NCBI GenBank assembly: GCA_009694965.1
Contig: SIBV01000003.1
Location: 1-37,284, forward strand
From: Candidatus Zambryskiibacteriota bacterium
GTDB lineage: Bacteria > Patescibacteriota > Minisyncoccia > Phycocordibacterales > DATDWN01
DNA length: 37,284 nucleotides
Reading direction: 5' to 3'
Part shown: positions 7,759 to 17,032 of the stretch, one piece after another
How positions within the stretch are numbered: the stretch's first letter is position 1
How the letters are laid out: the number at the start of each line of letters is the position of its first letter
Notes under the pieces: generated by a model
The model's input: only the letters and a program-made list of their open reading frames with translations
Database searches by the model: none
Told to the model about the DNA's origin: nothing
Position numbers and translations under genes: made by a program

Positions 7759-10105
7759 TTTCTTCCATCTCTCCCCAATTATTACCTACTGAAGCATTTG
7801 TCTCACACACAATTCCACTAGCCTTTTTAGGATCAACTATTGACTCCATTATTTTTTTTATCTCTGGAACTACTGACTCCACGATGTTGTCTTTGATCTC
7901 ATAAACTAATTCATCGTGAACCTGAAGAAGGAGTCTAACATCCTTTTCTAAATTCTTTCTGGTAACAAACTTATCAACTTCAATCATAGCTAACTTCACA
8001 ATATCTGCTCCAGTCCCTTGGACAGGCGCATTGATTGCCATTCTCTCAGCTGACGCTTTCATAAAAGGTAGTTTCGAATGTATATCAGGAAAGTATCTTC
8101 TTCTTCCGAAAAAAGTTTCGGTATAACCTTTTTGCGTTGTTTCTCTTTTTACATTTTCAAGATACTCCGCGAGCCCAGAAAACTTGTTGAAATAACCGTC
8201 CAGAAACTGCTGTGCCTCTTCACGGCTTGTTCCAATATTTTTCTGTAGGGCTGTGACTCCCATTCCGTACATAACTCCGAAGTTTATAACCTTGGCTTTT
8301 ATTCTCATGGTCTTGGTCACCTCCCTCATAGGGACTCCAAAGACCTCACTTGCAACTGCCGTGTGGACATCTAGACCCTCCTTAAAAATCTCAATCAGCT
8401 TTTTGTCGCCAGAGAGAAAGGCAGCAATTCGGAGCTCCATCTGTGAGTAATCAAATGAAACCAGCTTGTAACCCTTTTCGGCGACAAATGACTTTCGAAT
8501 TTCTCTGCCTAAATCAGTCTTGTTCGGAATGTTTTGTAAGTTCGGATTTTGACTCGCCATTCTACCTGTGGCAGAACCTGCTTGTAGAAAATCGGAGTGT
8601 AAGCGATTTTCCTTATCCACTTGTGTTGGAATAGTATCAATATAGGTTCCCAGTAATTTCGACAATTCTCTATATTCCAAAACAAATGAAGCGATAGGAT
8701 GTTCCTCACGAAGCTTTTCTAATTCTGACTCTTTGGTGGAAAATCCCCCACTCGCTGTTTTCTTCTGATTCTTTGGTTTCAATCCCATCTTCACAAAAAG
8801 CATTTCACCTAGTTGTTTTGGTGAACTAATATTAAATTCCCCCCCGACAATCTTCCATATTTTTTTCTCAAGAGACGTTAGTTCCTTGTGGTACTCTTTG
8901 GACAACACTTTTAGTCGCTCAACATCTACTTTTATGCCAACCTCATTCATTTTCTTTGTGATTGGCAAAAGGGGCTTTTCTATTTCTTCATACACAAAGG
9001 AAATGCCTTGGTCTTTTATTGTTTTCTCTAAATTGATCCGGGCTTCCGCCAATGTGTTTGTTCGAGTATATGACAAAATATCATTCAAATCTGGAGTGGT
9101 TTTGTTCGAATCAACTACCCAAAGCATAAGTCCCACCTCTCTTATCTCTTCTGGGTCCTCCTCTTTCAATATAGATTCCGGAACTTCTAGCGAAAGAACT
9201 TCAGCGATTTTCGCACCAAGTTGTCTGAATTCAAACTCAATGAACAGCTCCTGAACCTTCTTCATGTCTATATCATCTCTCCACACCTTTTCGGGAATAG
9301 TGAAATGTATTGGAGCATCTCTCCTAATAGTTGCGAGCATTTTGGAGAAACTTGCTTCCTCCTCACCAGCTTTAAGAAGTTCCACTATTCTTTTTTTGAT
9401 ACCCGCTTTTTCAAAAGCCTTTTCGTCCTTTTTCAGTTTCTTATATATGTCTTCAATCGAACCGAAGTTAACGATGAGGTCTGTTGCGGTTTTCTCTCCA
9501 ATTCCTGCAATGCCTATTATGTTATCCGACGGATCTCCTCGTAGTCCTTTGTAATCCGGTAATAGTTCAGGACCAAAACCAAATCTCTCCTTTACAGCAT
9601 CCTCATTATAAATAATCGTATCTTTTATGCCTTTTTTCAGAGTATAAACCTGAACCTTATCACCCACAATTAGCTGCATCGTATCCATGTCGCCTGACGC
9701 AATAAAAATATTGAGATCCTTCTCGTCCTTCATTTTTTCAACGATAGTTCCCAACATATCGTCTGCCTCAAATCCTCTGGACGAATACATAGGAATATCC
9801 ATCGCCTTGAAAACATCTTTGGATCTCTCTAGTTGCAAAACTAATGCATCATCTGTTTTCTTTCTTCCGTCTTTGTATCCATCATAGACATCATGTCGAA
9901 ATGTTCCTCCTTCCAAGTCGTAACAAGCGACGATATAATCTGGCTTCAAATCTTTTACGAGTTTTATAAGTAGTGTGCAAAGTCCATACAAAGCTCCTGT
10001 TGGTTCACCCTTGCTTGATTCGAACTCCGGCAACGCATGATAAGCCCTATGCAAAATAGCATGTACATCAAGTAATGCGAGGATTTTATGTTTTGATTTA
10101 GGCAT
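7751..10105 (-). CDS. polA: DNA polymerase I (5'-3' exonuclease plus polymerase; 3'-5' exonuclease domain largely absent)
   Basis: FEADD, GDPSDNI.G..GIGEKTA, TGRMASQNPNLQNIP, DYSQMELR, KVINFGVMYG, LQVHDEL. Confidence 0.97.
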   Translation of the reverse strand: MPKSKHKILALLDVHAILHRAYHALPEFESSKGEPTGALYGLCTLLIKLVKDLKPDYIVACYDLEGGTFRHDVYDGYKDGRKKTDDALVLQLERSKDVFKAMDIPMYSSRGFEADDMLGTIVEKMKDEKDLNIFIASGDMDTMQLIVGDKVQVYTLKKGIKDTIIYNEDAVKERFGFGPELLPDYKGLRGDPSDNIIGIAGIGEKTATDLIVNFGSIEDIYKKLKKDEKAFEKAGIKKRIVELLKAGEEEASFSKMLATIRRDAPIHFTIPEKVWRDDIDMKKVQELFIEFEFRQLGAKIAEVLSLEVPESILKEEDPEEIREVGLMLWVVDSNKTTPDLNDILSYTRTNTLAEARINLEKTIKDQGISFVYEEIEKPLLPITKKMNEVGIKVDVERLKVLSKEYHKELTSLEKKIWKIVGGEFNISSPKQLGEMLFVKMGLKPKNQKKTASGGFSTKESELEKLREEHPIASFVLEYRELSKLLGTYIDTIPTQVDKENRLHSDFLQAGSATGRMASQNPNLQNIPNKTDLGREIRKSFVAEKGYKLVSFDYSQMELRIAAFLSGDKKLIEIFKEGLDVHTAVASEVFGVPMREVTKTMRIKAKVINFGVMYGMGVTALQKNIGTSREEAQQFLDGYFNKFSGLAEYLENVKRETTQKGYTETFFGRRRYFPDIHSKLPFMKASAERMAINAPVQGTGADIVKLAMIEVDKFVTRKNLEKDVRLLLQVHDELVYEIKDNIVESVVPEIKKIMESIVDPKKASGIVCETNASVGNNWGEMEEID

Positions 10106-10112
10106 GTGAAAA

Positions 10113-10220
10113 AATTTTCAGTTTTCAATTCTCAATTTTCATTGAATTTTCAATGAATTAATTTTCAAAATTGGAAATTGCAACATTGATTGAAAATTGC
10201 AAAATTGATAATTGAAAATT
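10113..10220. repeat. Heptamer inverted-array element (AATTTTC)n...(GAAAATT)n in the polA leader
   Basis: Left arm AATTTTCAGTTTTCAATTCTCAATTTTCATTGAATTTTCAATG, right arm GAAAATTGCAAAATTGATAATTGAAAATT. Confidence 0.85.
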
Positions 10221-10239
10221 ACCTCCATTATACCACCCC

Positions 10240-10677
10240 TTAATTAAGTATCTCTATCTCTCGAGAATTAGGGTTTTCTAGGGGGTTTAGACTAATTTTG
10301 ATATGTTCTGGCATGATATCTGCCACATTTTCTGGCCATTCAATCAATATTAGATTTTTTGGATCAGAGATGATTTCTTTCCAACCTAAATGCAATAATT
10401 CCTCGGCTTTTTCCAACCGGTATGCATCTATATGTATAAGATGTGTAAATTTCTGATTTTTAAGTACGTATATTTTTTCTATCACAAATGTCGGACTGGT
10501 GATCGAATCCGGAACTCCCAAACTACTCGCGACGCATTTCGTAAAAGCAGTTTTGCCAGCTCCCAAGTTTCCATACAAACCTACCACCACTGCACTATCG
10601 TTTTTTGGAGAAAGATTTACAACAAAACCATCTGCAATTTTTTGAGTATCTTCAAGTGAACTAGACGTGTGTTTCAT
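10240..10677 (-). CDS. tsaE: tRNA threonylcarbamoyladenosine biosynthesis ATPase
   Basis: GNLGAGKT, ITSPTF, HIDAYRL, LIEWPE. Confidence 0.96.
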   Translation of the reverse strand: MKHTSSSLEDTQKIADGFVVNLSPKNDSAVVVGLYGNLGAGKTAFTKCVASSLGVPDSITSPTFVIEKIYVLKNQKFTHLIHIDAYRLEKAEELLHLGWKEIISDPKNLILIEWPENVADIMPEHIKISLNPLENPNSREIEILN

Positions 10678-10701
10678 TTTGAAAATATAACATATTTTCT
10701 A

Positions 10702-10806
10702 ACCCCCACACCAATTTTAACTTAATTTAAATAATTATTATATTTTAAACTTGATTTGAATAACTTTTACATGCAGTACATGTGATAGTGAAATTGGTGT
10801 GGGGGT
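10702..10806. mobile_element. MITE-like element with 16-bp terminal inverted repeats, copy 1
   Basis: ACCCCCACACCAATTT ... AAATTGGTGTGGGGGT around an AT-rich non-coding interior; similar TIRs at 36501-36582. Confidence 0.7.
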
Positions 10807-10884
10807 AAATTAAAAAACCGCCGGGTGGAAGTGGGACGAATCCCACCTCCTTCCGACAGTGTGCATGGAGGCGTCGAGAATCGA

Positions 10885-11553
10885 CTACCTCCGGTAAAGT
10901 TGGATGAACCAGTTGCGTTCCTGCTGTCCACCACCGCTACTCCAGTCGTACTTCGAAAGACTGAAGGTTTCCGACTGGGCTATGCCGATACCCCCGTCAG
11001 GCAGACGTCCAGTCGCAGTGTAGTTGAACTGGAGGAAGTCCGGCGAGTCCAGCGACCGATTCCGGAAGAGCGTCATACTCCCACCCGGGCAAAGTCCTTC
11101 AACAATCGGACCAAACTTGGCATCCGAAATATTGACAGGAAACCTGTCCATGTTGGTCACCCTAACCTTGACGAAGGAGTTGATCGTCGGGTGACTGACA
11201 GCATCTGGGTGAATCGACATCGTTGCCGGGTCACACCCTGTGATGCGTGCTCGCCCGAGAGTCCTTGCCCTTAAGGCCTCAGACTTGCGAGTTCGCTTCT
11301 TACCATCAGCCAGGCTTTTGCGAACCTCACGCTCCTCCGGCGTGTCGAGTTTCGCGACCGCCTTGTGGTCGGCCTCTTCCTGCTTGGCCTCGGCTAGCAA
11401 GGCCGCAGTTTCTCGGATTCGCTGTTCTCCAGGCGAATCACGAAGGGCCTGCTGACTCGGTGTCAGGTGGACGATCTCGGGCTTTCTCTTCCCTGCACAG
11501 GCCACCACGAAAATCGCGAAGGCCACCACAACTATCAGTTTCAGTGCGCTCAT
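10885..11553 (-). CDS. GC-rich putative lipoprotein of unknown function
   Basis: MSALK-hydrophobic-VVAC lipobox; GGAGGT SD 6 nt before ATG 11553; a sampled 60-nt line is 38/60 GC versus 24/60 in polA. Confidence 0.65.
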   Translation of the reverse strand: MSALKLIVVVAFAIFVVACAGKRKPEIVHLTPSQQALRDSPGEQRIRETAALLAEAKQEEADHKAVAKLDTPEEREVRKSLADGKKRTRKSEALRARTLGRARITGCDPATMSIHPDAVSHPTINSFVKVRVTNMDRFPVNISDAKFGPIVEGLCPGGSMTLFRNRSLDSPDFLQFNYTATGRLPDGGIGIAQSETFSLSKYDWSSGGGQQERNWFIQLYRR

Positions 11554-11636
11554 GGCGACACCTCCAGTATCAATCATACACCATCTTAACTCTTTTGTCA
11601 ATGATATAATAATGGCTATAAGTAAGAGTTTTCTAG

Positions 11637-11819
11637 AACTTTTGTAACTTATACTTTTTAGAGACTTGCGAGGTAGGGCGGAGGGAGCACGAGGTGAGAA
11701 GTGATATTATCACTTCGTAAAACCTTGAGCATCCTTAAATGCGAAAGGTGTACTGCTCCTGTAAGGAGGTTTCTAGCAAAAAAATATCCGTACTCTTAAA
11801 AGCATAAGTTATAAAAGTT
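11637..11819. repeat. 183-bp element with 27-bp imperfect inverted ends and a conserved structured core
   Basis: 11637-11663 versus 11793-11819 has 3 mismatches; core 11722-11770 recurs inverted at 16918-16972. Confidence 0.7.
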
Positions 11820-11838
11820 TATGTTATTATTTGTAGAT

Positions 11839-13515
11839 ATGATTCTCTTTGACGAAGACAAACAAAATAAAAAAATTGACTACCTCCGTAAACAAGAGGA
11901 GGAGGATTTAGCACAAACTCTTTCATTGAAATACGGAGTACCCTATCTCGATCTCACAGTAACTCCAATCAATATTGATGCACTTCGTGTAATACCTGAA
12001 CTAGAGGCTCGTGAGGCACAAGTTGCAGTATTTAATGATGTGAACAAAATATTAAGCATAGGTGCTCTCGCACCACAAAGTCCGAAGACTGATGAGGTTG
12101 TGAAGCGACTGAAAGAAAAAGGCTACGCTATAGAACTATACATGGTTTCTCATGCGAGTTTAAACAAGGTGTGGAACAGATATAAGGACTTGTCGTATTC
12201 CTTAGAAACAAAATCGGGAGCCATCGATATTTCAAATGATCAAATAACAGAGTTTCTTTCAAAGGTTCACACTATTCCTGATGTTCAAGGCCTTATCGGA
12301 GAAACTCTACAGCTCAAAAAAAGCTATAGAATCTCCAGAATCTTGGAAATTATTCTGGCAGGAGCAATCGCTACAAATGCGTCCGACGTGCACCTTGAAC
12401 CGGAAGAGACTTTTGTGAGACTTCGTTATAGGCTAGATGGAATGCTAACAGAAATTATTGAATTTGATTTGGAAACTTACAAACTGTTATTACCTCGTAT
12501 AAAACTAATTTCAAACTTGAAGTTAAACATGTATGGAGCACAAGATGGACGTTTCAGTATAAAGATAAATGAAAGTGAAATTCAAATCAGAACTTCCCTA
12601 TTGCCAGGAGCATACAGTGAATCGATAGTACTTCGACTTCTAAATCCTAAATCGATTGCAGTTCCCCTCGAAGATTTGGGAATTCACCCGAGACTTCTAA
12701 AAATTATCTTGCATGAAATGACCAAGCCAAACGGTATGATTCTAAACACAGGTCCCACCGGCTCTGGTAAAACTACTGCTCTTTACGCATTTATGCGCAA
12801 AATTCATACTCCGGATATCAAAATAATTACCATTGAAAACCCGATTGAATACCACCTGCCTGGAATAGTTCAGACCCAAACTGACGACAAGAAGAACTAT
12901 GGTTTTGCCGAAGGTTTACGTGCTGCGCTCCGGCAAGATCCGGACGTTATTATGATTGGAGAAATCCGCGATTCGGAAACTGCGGAAATCGCTATTAACT
13001 CAGCCCTCACAGGTCACCTAGTATTCTCAACCCTTCACACCAACACAGCGGCCGGCACTTTCCCTAGACTAATTGATTTGGGAGTAAACTCAAAAATCAT
13101 ATCTTCTGCATTAAATATGGCCATGGCACAAAGACTAGTGAGAAAACTTTGTGTTGATTGCAAAAAGCAAGTAACTCTCGAGGGCGAAAGCAAGATAACT
13201 ATAGATAAAATTTTGAATACGATCGTAGATAAAACTTACCTAGATGGAATTGACCTAACACATATTTGGGAAGCAATGGGATGTAGCAAATGCAACAATA
13301 TAGGATACAAAGGTAGACTAGGAATTTATGAAGCTATCAAAATGGATAAGGCTATTGAAGAAATAGTAAAGAACAATGCCAGCGAAAGAGAGATAGAAAT
13401 AGCAGCTGTCCCACAAAATATTTTAAACTTGAAGCAGGATGGCATTTTGAAAGTGTTACAAGGAATAACCACTCTCGAGGAGTTGCAAAGGGTTGTTGAT
13501 ATTGAAATTGACTAG
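11839..13515 (+). CDS. Type IV pilus assembly / T2SS ATPase (PilB/GspE family)
   Basis: ASDVHLEP, QDGRF, GPTGSGKTT, LRQDPDVIMIGEIRD, TGHLVFSTLHTN, CxxC..CxxC; start may be 11821 or 11839. Confidence 0.93.
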   Translation: MILFDEDKQNKKIDYLRKQEEEDLAQTLSLKYGVPYLDLTVTPINIDALRVIPELEAREAQVAVFNDVNKILSIGALAPQSPKTDEVVKRLKEKGYAIELYMVSHASLNKVWNRYKDLSYSLETKSGAIDISNDQITEFLSKVHTIPDVQGLIGETLQLKKSYRISRILEIILAGAIATNASDVHLEPEETFVRLRYRLDGMLTEIIEFDLETYKLLLPRIKLISNLKLNMYGAQDGRFSIKINESEIQIRTSLLPGAYSESIVLRLLNPKSIAVPLEDLGIHPRLLKIILHEMTKPNGMILNTGPTGSGKTTALYAFMRKIHTPDIKIITIENPIEYHLPGIVQTQTDDKKNYGFAEGLRAALRQDPDVIMIGEIRDSETAEIAINSALTGHLVFSTLHTNTAAGTFPRLIDLGVNSKIISSALNMAMAQRLVRKLCVDCKKQVTLEGESKITIDKILNTIVDKTYLDGIDLTHIWEAMGCSKCNNIGYKGRLGIYEAIKMDKAIEEIVKNNASEREIEIAAVPQNILNLKQDGILKVLQGITTLEELQRVVDIEID

Positions 13516-13627
13516 AAGAAGCTATATTAATGTCAATTCTAGACATTGCATAACCTTTGAGTTCTATTGTAAAACTTGCTTGCCGAATGCGATTCTATGC
13601 CTATAATTGAAAGTAGAAAACAGTTTG

Positions 13628-13750
13628 CAAACTTTCAGATTTGAGCCAAGTTCAAGGCGAAAGACTTGAAAAAGTACGAGTCGTATTAGATATACGATGA
13701 GGATTTTTGAGAGTCTTTCAACGAAGAAATTGGCCAAATATGGAAGTTTG
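13628..13750. repeat. Long multi-bulge hairpin element (CAAGGCG...CAACG.AG family), copy 1
   Basis: Aligns end to end with 19089-19209 with compensatory stem changes. Confidence 0.8.
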
Positions 13751-13918
13751 GCTCCAAAGCATAAATCTCTAAGCAACACTTTTAATAGTAGATACCAAAA
13801 GCTAAGTATTTTACAAAGGATAATTCCAGTGTATTACACAAGGTAATAACCAGAACGTCCTCGCAGAAAGACTCGTAAACGTAAACGCTTAGTTGCTTAG
13901 AGATTTATATTTTGGAGC
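13751..13918. repeat. 168-bp element bounded by 27-bp inverted repeats
   Basis: GCTCCAAAGCATAAATCTCTAAGCAAC / GTTGCTTAGAGATTTATATTTTGGAGC, 2 mismatches. Confidence 0.7.
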
Positions 13919-14006
13919 AGAAAGATAAGGAAAAATCTGTCGTTTACCCCGTTGAAAATTGCATTAACCTTAGGTGGAAAGTTTAGCATAAAATATTTTT
14001 CTTGTC

Positions 14007-14074
14007 AAGGTGTAGTAGAGCATAGCTCACTACACCTTAGACCCCGTAGTGAGCTATGCTCTACTACTAGGGTC
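14007..14074. repeat. Inverted doublet of bulged REP-like palindromes upstream of ruvB
   Basis: GTAGTAGAGCATAGCTCACTAC (14012-14033) and its exact reverse complement (14046-14067); each also folds on its own. Confidence 0.85.
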
Positions 14075-14101
14075 AACCCTATTTGTAGTATAATTGAATA
14101 T

Positions 14102-15115
14102 ATGAAGAAAATTGAGAATAAAAGAGAGCTGGAAAGTACGGAAAAGGATGCCCTCTTTCTCGACACCACACTGCGTCCTTCGAGATGGGAAGACTATATT
14201 GGGCAAAGTGGTATAAAAAAGAACCTCCAAATACTCCTGACTGCTGCAAAAGAAAGAAGCCACCCCCCTGAACACATTCTTTTCTATGGACCACCCGGAC
14301 TCGGAAAGACAACGCTCGCTCATCTAGTTTCAAAAGAAATGAATGCTCAAATGAAAGTAACGAGTGGTCCTGCTATTGAAAAAATTGGGGACCTAGCATC
14401 AATTCTCACAAACCTCACTCCAGGAGACATTCTTTTTATTGACGAAATTCATAGACTAAACAAAACCATTGAAGAAGTTCTCTACCCCGCTATGGAATCG
14501 GGTTCTCTCGATATTATTATTGGCAAGGGCCCCTCTGCTAGAACTATCCAGTTAGAACTTCCACCCTTTACGCTCATTGGCGCTACTACTCGAATAGCGA
14601 TGATCTCCTCACCTCTTCGCAGTAGGTTTTCAGGAGGAATTTTCAAGTTGGAATTTTACACAAACGATGAAATACAGAAAATAATATCGAGGTCAGCCAA
14701 AATACTAAGTATTGATTTGGAAGACAGTGCTGGAAAAGAAATCGCCAAGAGAAGTAGATACACCCCAAGAACTGCAAACTACTTTTTGAAGAGATGTCGT
14801 GACTTTGCTCAAGTCAACAAAACAAATCTAACAAAAGATTCTGTTGATGAAGCCTTGAAGCTCCTTGGAATAGATGCTGTTGGCCTCTCACCTTCTGACA
14901 GAGATATTCTTCACACTATTATCAATAAATTCTCAGGAGGCCCAGTAGGTCTAAATACCTTAGCTGCAGCACTATCGGAGGAACAAGCGACTATTGAAGA
15001 ATTCAATGAGCCTTACCTTATCCAGCTTGGCTTCCTCGACAGAACTCCACGTGGCAGAACTGTCACGACCTCTGGATATGAGCATCTCGGATTAAATTCC
15101 CCTACCCTGCTTTAG
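14102..15115 (+). CDS. ruvB: Holliday junction branch migration helicase RuvB
   Basis: LRP..W.DYIGQ, GPPGLGKTT, FIDEIHRL, GATTR, RTPRGR; start moved to ATG 14102 (TATAAT 7 nt upstream). Confidence 0.97.
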   Translation: MKKIENKRELESTEKDALFLDTTLRPSRWEDYIGQSGIKKNLQILLTAAKERSHPPEHILFYGPPGLGKTTLAHLVSKEMNAQMKVTSGPAIEKIGDLASILTNLTPGDILFIDEIHRLNKTIEEVLYPAMESGSLDIIIGKGPSARTIQLELPPFTLIGATTRIAMISSPLRSRFSGGIFKLEFYTNDEIQKIISRSAKILSIDLEDSAGKEIAKRSRYTPRTANYFLKRCRDFAQVNKTNLTKDSVDEALKLLGIDAVGLSPSDRDILHTIINKFSGGPVGLNTLAAALSEEQATIEEFNEPYLIQLGFLDRTPRGRTVTTSGYEHLGLNSPTLL

Positions 15116-15199
15116 TTTTTTACTGGTCATACGACCACTGCTCGGCTGCGCACGGTTGTTTACAAACTTTATAGACTTTTAACTTTATAACTACTCAAT

Positions 15200-15730
15200 A
15201 TGTCCGGTCACAATAAATGGTCAAAAATCAAGAGGCAAAAAGAAAAAACTGACGGTCAGAAGTCGAAGATTTTTGGTAAGATGGTTCGTCTTATTACTGT
15301 CGAAGCAAAGAAGTGTGGTGGTGACATAACTTCTCCTGGTCTCAAAGCTGTAATAGACCGAGCGAGAGCGGCAAATGTTCCTAACGACAATATTGAAAGA
15401 GCAATTAAAAAATTCTCAGAAGGTGGAGTAGCGATAGAATCCATAGTCTATGAAGCATACGGACCAGGAGGTTGCGCTATGGTTATAGATGTCTTGACCG
15501 ATAACCACAATAGAGCAGCGCAGGAGATAAAAGCTATACTCGGAAAACATAACCATGTTTTAGCAGGAATTGGTTCCGCCACTTGGGCATTCATGCATAC
15601 ACCTGGAGCAGGTTGGGTAGCTCAAACAACAATCCCCCTATCCGACGAAGATGGAGAGAAACTTGGAGAACTTGTAGATGAACTGGAGGAGAATGATGAT
15701 GTACAGAACATTTACACGAATGCGGAATAA
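15200..15730 (+). CDS. yebC: YebC/PmpR/TACO1-family protein, short form
   Basis: MSGHNKWSKIKRQK, NIERAI, YEAYGPGG, TDNHNR, LEENDDVQNIYTN. Confidence 0.93.
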   Translation: MSGHNKWSKIKRQKEKTDGQKSKIFGKMVRLITVEAKKCGGDITSPGLKAVIDRARAANVPNDNIERAIKKFSEGGVAIESIVYEAYGPGGCAMVIDVLTDNHNRAAQEIKAILGKHNHVLAGIGSATWAFMHTPGAGWVAQTTIPLSDEDGEKLGELVDELEENDDVQNIYTNAE

Positions 15731-15732
15731 AT

Positions 15733-16383
15733 ATGAATGAAAAAATTAAAAAACAACTTTACAAAATAGCAGAAGAAAGACAAACGAAAAATGATCCTTT
15801 GCATGATTTTCAGCATATTTTAAGAGTTACAAACCTTGCTGTTAAAATCGGTAAAAGCGCAAAAGCTGATTTAGAAATTATTATCCCAGCTGCACTTTTT
15901 CACGACACTGTTGTTTATCGAAAGGATGACACGAAAAGTAAGTATGAGACTGATGAAAGTGCGGAAATGGCTGAACAAATTTTAAAAAAAATAAAAGGTT
16001 ATCCAAGGGGAAAAATTGATAAAGTAAAAACATGCATATTAGAGTGCTCCTTCACAAAAGGAATAATGCCTAAGTTATTAGAGTCTAAGGTGCTACAGGA
16101 CGCAGATAGACTTGAATCTACTGGAACGATTGCCATTATGAGAGGATGCTCTTCGAGTGGACTAATGAATCGTCAGCTGTATGATCCTAAAGATCCATTT
16201 TGTAAAAATGGCTTAGAGGGAGACCATTCGAGTGTGTGGCTTTTTTATAAGCGTTATTTAATGATAGAAAAAACTATCCATACAGCATTTGCTAAAAAAA
16301 TTGCCAAAAGAAGAACTAAATTTCTGCGAGATTTTCTAAGGGAATTAAAATTGGAGTTAGTAGAATCAGATATCAAAGTATGA
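15733..16383 (+). CDS. HD-domain phosphohydrolase (YedJ-like)
   Basis: HDFQHILRV, AALFHD, LQDADRLE. Confidence 0.88.
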   Translation: MNEKIKKQLYKIAEERQTKNDPLHDFQHILRVTNLAVKIGKSAKADLEIIIPAALFHDTVVYRKDDTKSKYETDESAEMAEQILKKIKGYPRGKIDKVKTCILECSFTKGIMPKLLESKVLQDADRLESTGTIAIMRGCSSSGLMNRQLYDPKDPFCKNGLEGDHSSVWLFYKRYLMIEKTIHTAFAKKIAKRRTKFLRDFLRELKLELVESDIKV

Positions 16384-16889
16384 AAATAATCTCAATTGAT
16401 CCCGGCTATGAAAGACTTGGTATCGCCATAATAGAAAAACTTCCCAAAGGAAAGACCTTTGGGAAGGAGGTCTTAGTTTTTTCTGAGTGTTTTAAAACGT
16501 CCAGTAAACTTCCTCACCACGAGCGTCTGGCCCTTATCGGTAACAGAATAAAAGAAGTGATTAAAAAATTTAGACCAGAGCAATTAGCAACAGAAAAACT
16601 TTTCTTTAGTGGAAACCAAAAGACCGCGATGCTCGTAGCGGAGGCTAGAGGTGTAATTCTTTACACTGGAAGTTCTCTAGGACTTGAAGTTTTTGAATAC
16701 ACCCCAAACCAAGTGAAAATCGCTATCACTGGTTACGGCAGAAGTGAAAAGAAACAAATGATAGATATGACTAAAAAATTAATCGTGGTTAATTCTCCCT
16801 CGAACAGGCTCGGGACAAGCAAAACAAATAGTGATGATGAGTTTGATGCTATAGCCATCGGCCTCACCCATTTTGCGATAAACAGATAA
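16380..16889 (+). CDS. ruvC: Holliday junction resolvase RuvC
   Basis: ISIDPG, EKLFF, EARGV, EYTP.QVK.AITGYG, DDEFDAIAI. Confidence 0.96.
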   Translation: MKIISIDPGYERLGIAIIEKLPKGKTFGKEVLVFSECFKTSSKLPHHERLALIGNRIKEVIKKFRPEQLATEKLFFSGNQKTAMLVAEARGVILYTGSSLGLEVFEYTPNQVKIAITGYGRSEKKQMIDMTKKLIVVNSPSNRLGTSKTNSDDEFDAIAIGLTHFAINR

Positions 16890-16917
16890 ATCGGGTGAAT
16901 TCTTGATTAAAAATCTC

Positions 16918-17012
16918 ACCTCCTTACAGGAGCAGTACACCTTTCTCATCCTGGTTACAGGATGCTCAAGGTCTTGCAGTTAGGCCCCACCCCCCAACCT
17001 CACCTCTCACTT
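16918..17012 (-). repeat. Second copy of the structured core found at 11670-11770
   Basis: 28-nt exact inverted match GAAAGGTGTACTGCTCCTGTAAGGAGGT plus 14-nt match ACCTTGAGCATCCT. Confidence 0.8.
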
Positions 17013-17032
17013 CATACAGATTTCTCAGTTTA

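Noticed and set aside
10825-11609. Plus-strand ORFs opposite the lipoprotein gene
   Set aside because: Expected shadows in GC-rich DNA; the minus frame has the SD, signal peptide and lipobox
13952-14101. 50-aa N-terminal extension of RuvB in the ORF track
   Set aside because: It translates the REP doublet; homology and the -10 box point to ATG 14102
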